NCBI GenBank assembly: GCA_033442325.1
Contig: JAWQFM010000024.1
Coordinates: 859,822 to 923,821, forward strand
DNA length: 64,000 nt
Reading direction: 5' to 3'
Source: Salpingoeca rosetta
Lineage: Eukaryota; Protista; Choanoflagellata
In this document: positions 53,583-64,000 of the stretch, piece after piece
How the letters are laid out: every line of letters begins with the position of its first letter
Numbering within the stretch: the stretch's first letter is position 1
The notes under the pieces: generated by a model
Database searches by the model: none
Seen by the model: the letters and a program-made list of their open reading frames with translations, nothing else
Told to the model about the DNA's origin: nothing
Made by a program: the position numbers and the translations under genes

Positions 53583-53667
<85 letters not shown>

Positions 53668-55157
53668 AGGCGAGATGACGGACAAGATTGTGAGCTCAAA
53701 TCCTTGTGATCCTTGTGTGTACACGCACCCTCCCTCAACACACAGTCGCACACATACACACACATACACCACCCACCGACGTGCCAGCGCTTACTCGTTG
53801 AGGGTCGGGGTGGGGAGGTGCTTGAAGTGGGCGTGTGCGACGGCGGCAGATATGAGCTGCAGCACCAAACGGCGCTCGCGGGGGCCAAGTTTGTGCTGCA
53901 ATAGCGCTTTGCTCGTCCGCACAACAGAGGAGAACCAGTTCTTGCACGGCTCGTCGTCATCATCATCGCCATCATCATTGGCACCAGCATCACCAACACT
54001 GCCGGCGCTCTTCTTGTCTGCGCGTGTGTGGCTGCCTCCTTTACTGCTACTGCTGCTGCTGGTGGTGCTGGGGTAGAGGATGACGTGCGGTGTGGGCGCG
54101 GCAGCAAAGGCGGCAGGGGAGACTGACTGCAGCAGCGACGTGAGGGCCTTTGCACTCTCCAGCTTGTACTCGTCATGACGCGTGGCAAACACGTGCGCCA
54201 GGAAGACGGCGGTGGTGGCGTGCATGGACGGATACAGGAGGCCGATGCGGTAGGCAAAGGCAAGCAGGGCTGACATGGGCGCCTGTGGTGCATCCACACC
54301 GCGGTCCTCGAGCCACGCGTTCAGGTCAGGCAGCAGCTCTAAACGAGTGGGAGGATGCGAGGGAGAGGGTGTGATATGAGTGGGAGGTGAATGGCGCACA
54401 CGCGCAGCCATCAGAGGCAGATACAGTGGATCACACACAGACAAACAAACCCACATGCGCGCGCGCACACACACACACACACAGTCACAGATGCACACAG
54501 ACACACAGACACACACACGCACACACGCACGCACACGCGCACGAACGTACGTGGAGGGAGGCTCGGTTTGTGATTGTAGTCGAGGGCGGTGATGAGGATG
54601 TGCAGGGCGTCAAAGACAGCCTGATCTGATGGTGACAGTGGCGGCTGTTGGATGTCGGCACCTTCTTCTTCTTCACCATCACCGTTGCCTTCATCTTGAC
54701 CGTTGCCTTCCTCAACCTCCTCCCTGGTGGCTGCAGCTGTGTTTGCAGCCTTCCCGCTGCTGTCTTCATCGTCGCCACGGTTCTCCACGCCATCATCGTC
54801 GCCATCATGACCGCTGTGACGCGGGCGCGGCTGCCTCGGGTTGACCGGCACGGCGTCGGTGTCGCCTGATTGCTCGGATGGCGTTTCCAGCAGGCGTACA
54901 AGCGCATTCACCACGTTGGGGAGGATGTGCGCAAACGACTTGGAACGTGCAATGCAGTCGGATGCGGCGTACAGGGACAGGATGGACATGGCCAGGCGTG
55001 GGTACAGCAGGCCCACGTTCTGGTCGCCGTGCGAGTTGAGCAGCCGCTTCAGGAACGAGTAGCCCACAACCTTCTCAACAGCCTCCACGTCAGATGCATC
55101 ACTTGGAGGTGTGCCTTTTGCCAACAGTAGCAGTCCGACAAACCGTTGCTGTACAGT

Positions 55158-55230
<73 letters not shown>

Positions 55231-55574
55231 AATTGGGCGTGTGTGAGGAATTGGGCGTGTGTGAGTGTGTGGTTGTGGGATTGTGAGCACGCACGAGGGG
55301 CAGTGAATAGCGAGCGAGTGAGTGAAATGTGACTGGATAGCAGTACAATTGCACGCATGGTTATGCGCGAGAGAGGGAGAGACGGAGGGCAACCAGTTCA
55401 AGCAGACGTTCACTTCGCCAGCGACCATGCAAGCAGATGGTCATGGCTGCTTGTAGCGCACGACAATACCTCGTCCGTCTGTGCGTTCTTGAAGACACCC
55501 AGCGCTGTTCTCAGCTGCTGTTGTGGGTCGGCTGCGCCTTGGCCTGGCTGCTGCCAGTCAGCTTTCCCTTCCAT
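50240..55574 (-). CDS. NCDN: Neurochondrin-like ARM/HEAT-repeat protein
   Basis: LGVFKNAQTDE|QRFVGLLLLAK...VEKVVGYSFLKRLL (neurochondrin pattern D-E/Q-F-AALLLVTK...AVGFTFxxRLL); LTACCFFIVE; ARVLGAWFAEN (pattern RILGAWLAEE); RHLLPALC; NLACNLLLNVLV. Confidence 0.75.
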
Positions 55575-55787
55575 TGTGGTCGTTGTTGTCGTCGCAGAAG
55601 AAGAAGAGGAAGACAGTGGCATGCTTTGTGATGTGATGATAGCAGCAGAGGCTGCGAACGTCTCTGTGTGCGTTGTGGTGTGGTGTGTGTGCGTGCTGAC
55701 TGTGCCAGCGAAGGGAGGCTCGACTGGCGAAAGGTTATGGAAAATATTCACTGATCGTCCACATCACACGTGTGAAAGGCAGCCAAG

Positions 55788-61169
<5,382 letters not shown>

Positions 61170-61728
61170 ACCTATCGCTCCTCCCTCATTTCCCCCCCCC
61201 CCCCAATTCTCTCTTCTCTCTGCAACTTCACGCCCTCGCCTCCTCTTCCCTTCGTACTTCGCTCGCCGAACCCATGTCACAATATGCACGCGAGTGCAAG
61301 TGCTTGGGGGTTGTTGGGTGGTCTTAGCTTGCGTCTTTGCTCTGCATCGCGCAGTGTAGCTGTGGGTTAAGGTGGTCACTCACTAACACCACGGCCAAGC
61401 CGTGTTGCCTGTTTCTGTTTCTTGTGTCTCAGATCGCTGTTCATCTGCTGTTGGTCGATGTGAGTTGATGTGAGTTGATGTGAGTTTCGCTTGTTCGAGT
61501 CGCTTCTTTGACTTCCTTCTTCTTCTCCTCTTTCTTTTTCGTCGTGTAGCCTTGCTGTTTCGGTTGTGCCCAGTTAATTTGCTGTCCGGTTTTGCATTGC
61601 GCGTCAAACCATCCAACAAACAACAACAACAAACGATCTCAAAGTACCATACGCTGCTGTGGCATGAGCACAGCGAAATCGACAACTCCAAATACACATC
61701 GTCATCGTCATCATCATCACCCTGAACA

Positions 61729-61762
<34 letters not shown>

Positions 61763-61838
61763 CCCAGCAAGCATTCATTCAATAGTTGGTTTGTCAGCAG
61801 GCACCCCCACACAAGAAAAGCAGCAGAGTGTCATGTGT

Positions 61839-61934
61839 TCAGTCGTCATCGCTGTCATCATTGCGGCGAATGTGCAAACCGCCACCGGTGCGTCCAACGA
61901 GATCAACCTGAAGTTTGGACGAAACGTGCGCGTG

Positions 61935-62006
<72 letters not shown>

Positions 62007-62203
62007 AGGGTGCGTGCGTGTGCGTGTGTGTGTATCTGTGTGTGTGTGTGTATTCATGTGTGTGTGTGTTTTGGTGTGCAATGCGCAATCAGGTCATATT
62101 CGCAAATTCACACGCTGCACCTTCACGGTGACGTCCTTCAGTGCCGTTTTCCCAATCTGCGAACTCTTGGCGCGATTCAGGAACTCTTGATCCTGCGCGT
62201 GTA

Positions 62204-62262
<59 letters not shown>

Positions 62263-63161
62263 TGCTCATACGAAGACGAAGAGGGAACACGAATGTACAA
62301 GACAACGTGCAGGTGCAAGCCTGGTGACGACAAACCTTGATAAACTTCTCCGCCTGTGCGGTCTTGATCGCCGTTCGCTTGTTGTTCATTTCCTACATCA
62401 AGCACAGCGCATGAACATGTGAGCCGGCATGTTGACACGGACACACGGTAACAATCGTAACAACATGCCATCTGCCTCTTATACGCACTGGAATGTGCGC
62501 GTGTGTGCGTGTGTGCGGTTGTGCGGTTGTGCGGTTGTGTGTGCATGTGTGTGCATGTGTTTTACGTGGTAGTCGACGAGGCCGTCGTTGTCTTCGTCGA
62601 GGGAATCGAGCAGGAACTGGATCTGCGCTTCATCCAACTGAACGCCAATCACCTGAAGACACAATCGGACAGCACCGAGAACACGATGGCACACCAGTTA
62701 CGCATGAGCACGACACATAACACTCTTACAGTTATGCATTGAGATCATGCTTGCAAGGACGCTTGGACGGGCACTTTCAGCATGCACAGTAGGCGTATAT
62801 CGACGCATGCATGCACGTGGCAGCGACACACCTTCACGCCTTGGATAAACTCTTCGCGCGTGATGTTGCCGTCGTTGTTCTTGTCAAAGCGCTTGAACAG
62901 ATCAATCAGACGCAACTGCACACACACACACACACATACGCAGGTGGATGGACAGGTGTGTGAGCGCAGTGTGAACGTGCATATTGCGCAGAGCACAAGT
63001 GTGTGTGTGTGTGTGTGCACTGACGTTGTGGCGTTCGAGATATTCTTCAAAGATGAACCAGGGATCTGTACTCGTCTTCACTTGGTGACAGCGACCTGCA
63101 AACAAGTTAGGAATGCCAGAAACGTCACATGTATGAGGGGGATGTACACATGCGCAAATGT

Positions 63162-63204
<43 letters not shown>

Positions 63205-63761
63205 GGTGTGTGTGTGTGTGTGTGTGTGTGTACAAGGTGTGTTGGGACCAGAAGTACAACATCCCCAAGCATGTAGGTGAAGGATGGGTGACTTCTGGTG
63301 AAGCCTTCACCACCAAACAAGACAAGACACGCACCCTCATCCACGGTGACGGAGAGGTTTGGACGCTTTCCGCTCGCAACGTCGCTTTCAAACACACGCT
63401 CGACCTGACACACACGCACAAAAGTATGGTCATGAATGAGATCAGTGGTGGAAGGCTGTAGCCTCACACGCCGTGTGCATGTGTGTGTGTGCGCTTGCTT
63501 GTGTGTATGTGTGTGTGTGTGTGCGCGCGCTTGCTTGTGTGTATGTGTGTGTGTATCCGACGGTTACTGCGACACGACGATGACTAGTGCAAGACCACCA
63601 GCCCACCTTGTCCTCGGCGGCCTTGACGGCTTTTTGTGCCGCTTCGATGTCGCGTTTGATGGCATCAGCGCCCTCGGCCGCTGTCCGCTGCACGTGTTCA
63701 CATGCAGAGAGAGAGAGAGAGAGTGTGTGTGTGTGTGTGGTGGTGGTAATGATGATGATGT

Positions 63762-63802
<41 letters not shown>

Positions 63803-63815
63803 GTGATGATGATGG

Positions 63816-63856
<41 letters not shown>

Positions 63857-63869
63857 GTGATGATGATGG

Positions 63870-63922
<53 letters not shown>

Positions 63923-63923
63923 T

Positions 63924-63999
<76 letters not shown>

Positions 64000-64000
64000 G
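61839..64000 (-). CDS. 3' portion of an EF-hand protein, possibly LRRC74/EFCAB12-like; gene extends beyond the window end
   Basis: [14 protein letters not shown]|[28 protein letters not shown]|[29 protein letters not shown]|E gives two EF-hand loops. Probable last exon [22 protein letters not shown] ends at 61839. Confidence 0.7.

Overview
Eukaryotic, gene-dense genomic scaffold with four 100-N gaps and very many short spliceosomal introns full of (CA/TG)n, (CAGA)n, (AAC)n and (GAT)n microsatellites. Sequence style and gene content suggest a choanoflagellate of the Salpingoeca type (inference). Almost all entries in the supplied ORF track are repeat-derived artefacts, so genes were rebuilt by hand from GT-AG exon chains. 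Genes in order: last exon of an unknown gene (+), parvulin PIN4 (+), sesquipedalian/PHETA-like PH protein (-), SAM + actin-fragmin-kinase-like protein (-), nucleoplasmin/nucleophosmin-like protein (+), a PH-domain-catalase fusion (+), an unconventional myosin (-), NEK8/9-type kinase with RCC1 repeats (+), SURF1 (-), UCHL5/UCH37 with its catalytic middle missing (+), CCDC87-like (-), a Tyr-motif/SH2 adaptor (+), neurochondrin (-), ABCE1/RLI1 (+) and the 3' part of an EF-hand gene (-). The most striking item is a bacterial-type heme catalase fused in one exon behind a eukaryotic PH domain, a candidate membrane-targeted H2O2 scavenger of horizontal origin. Other highlights: an AFK-like kinase apparently lacking its catalytic loop, an NPM1-type C-terminal domain, an intron-split start codon in ABCE1, five compact head-to-head gene pairs, and G/T-rich-5' versus C/A-rich-3' intron polarity. 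All homology calls come from remembered family motifs, not from database searches.
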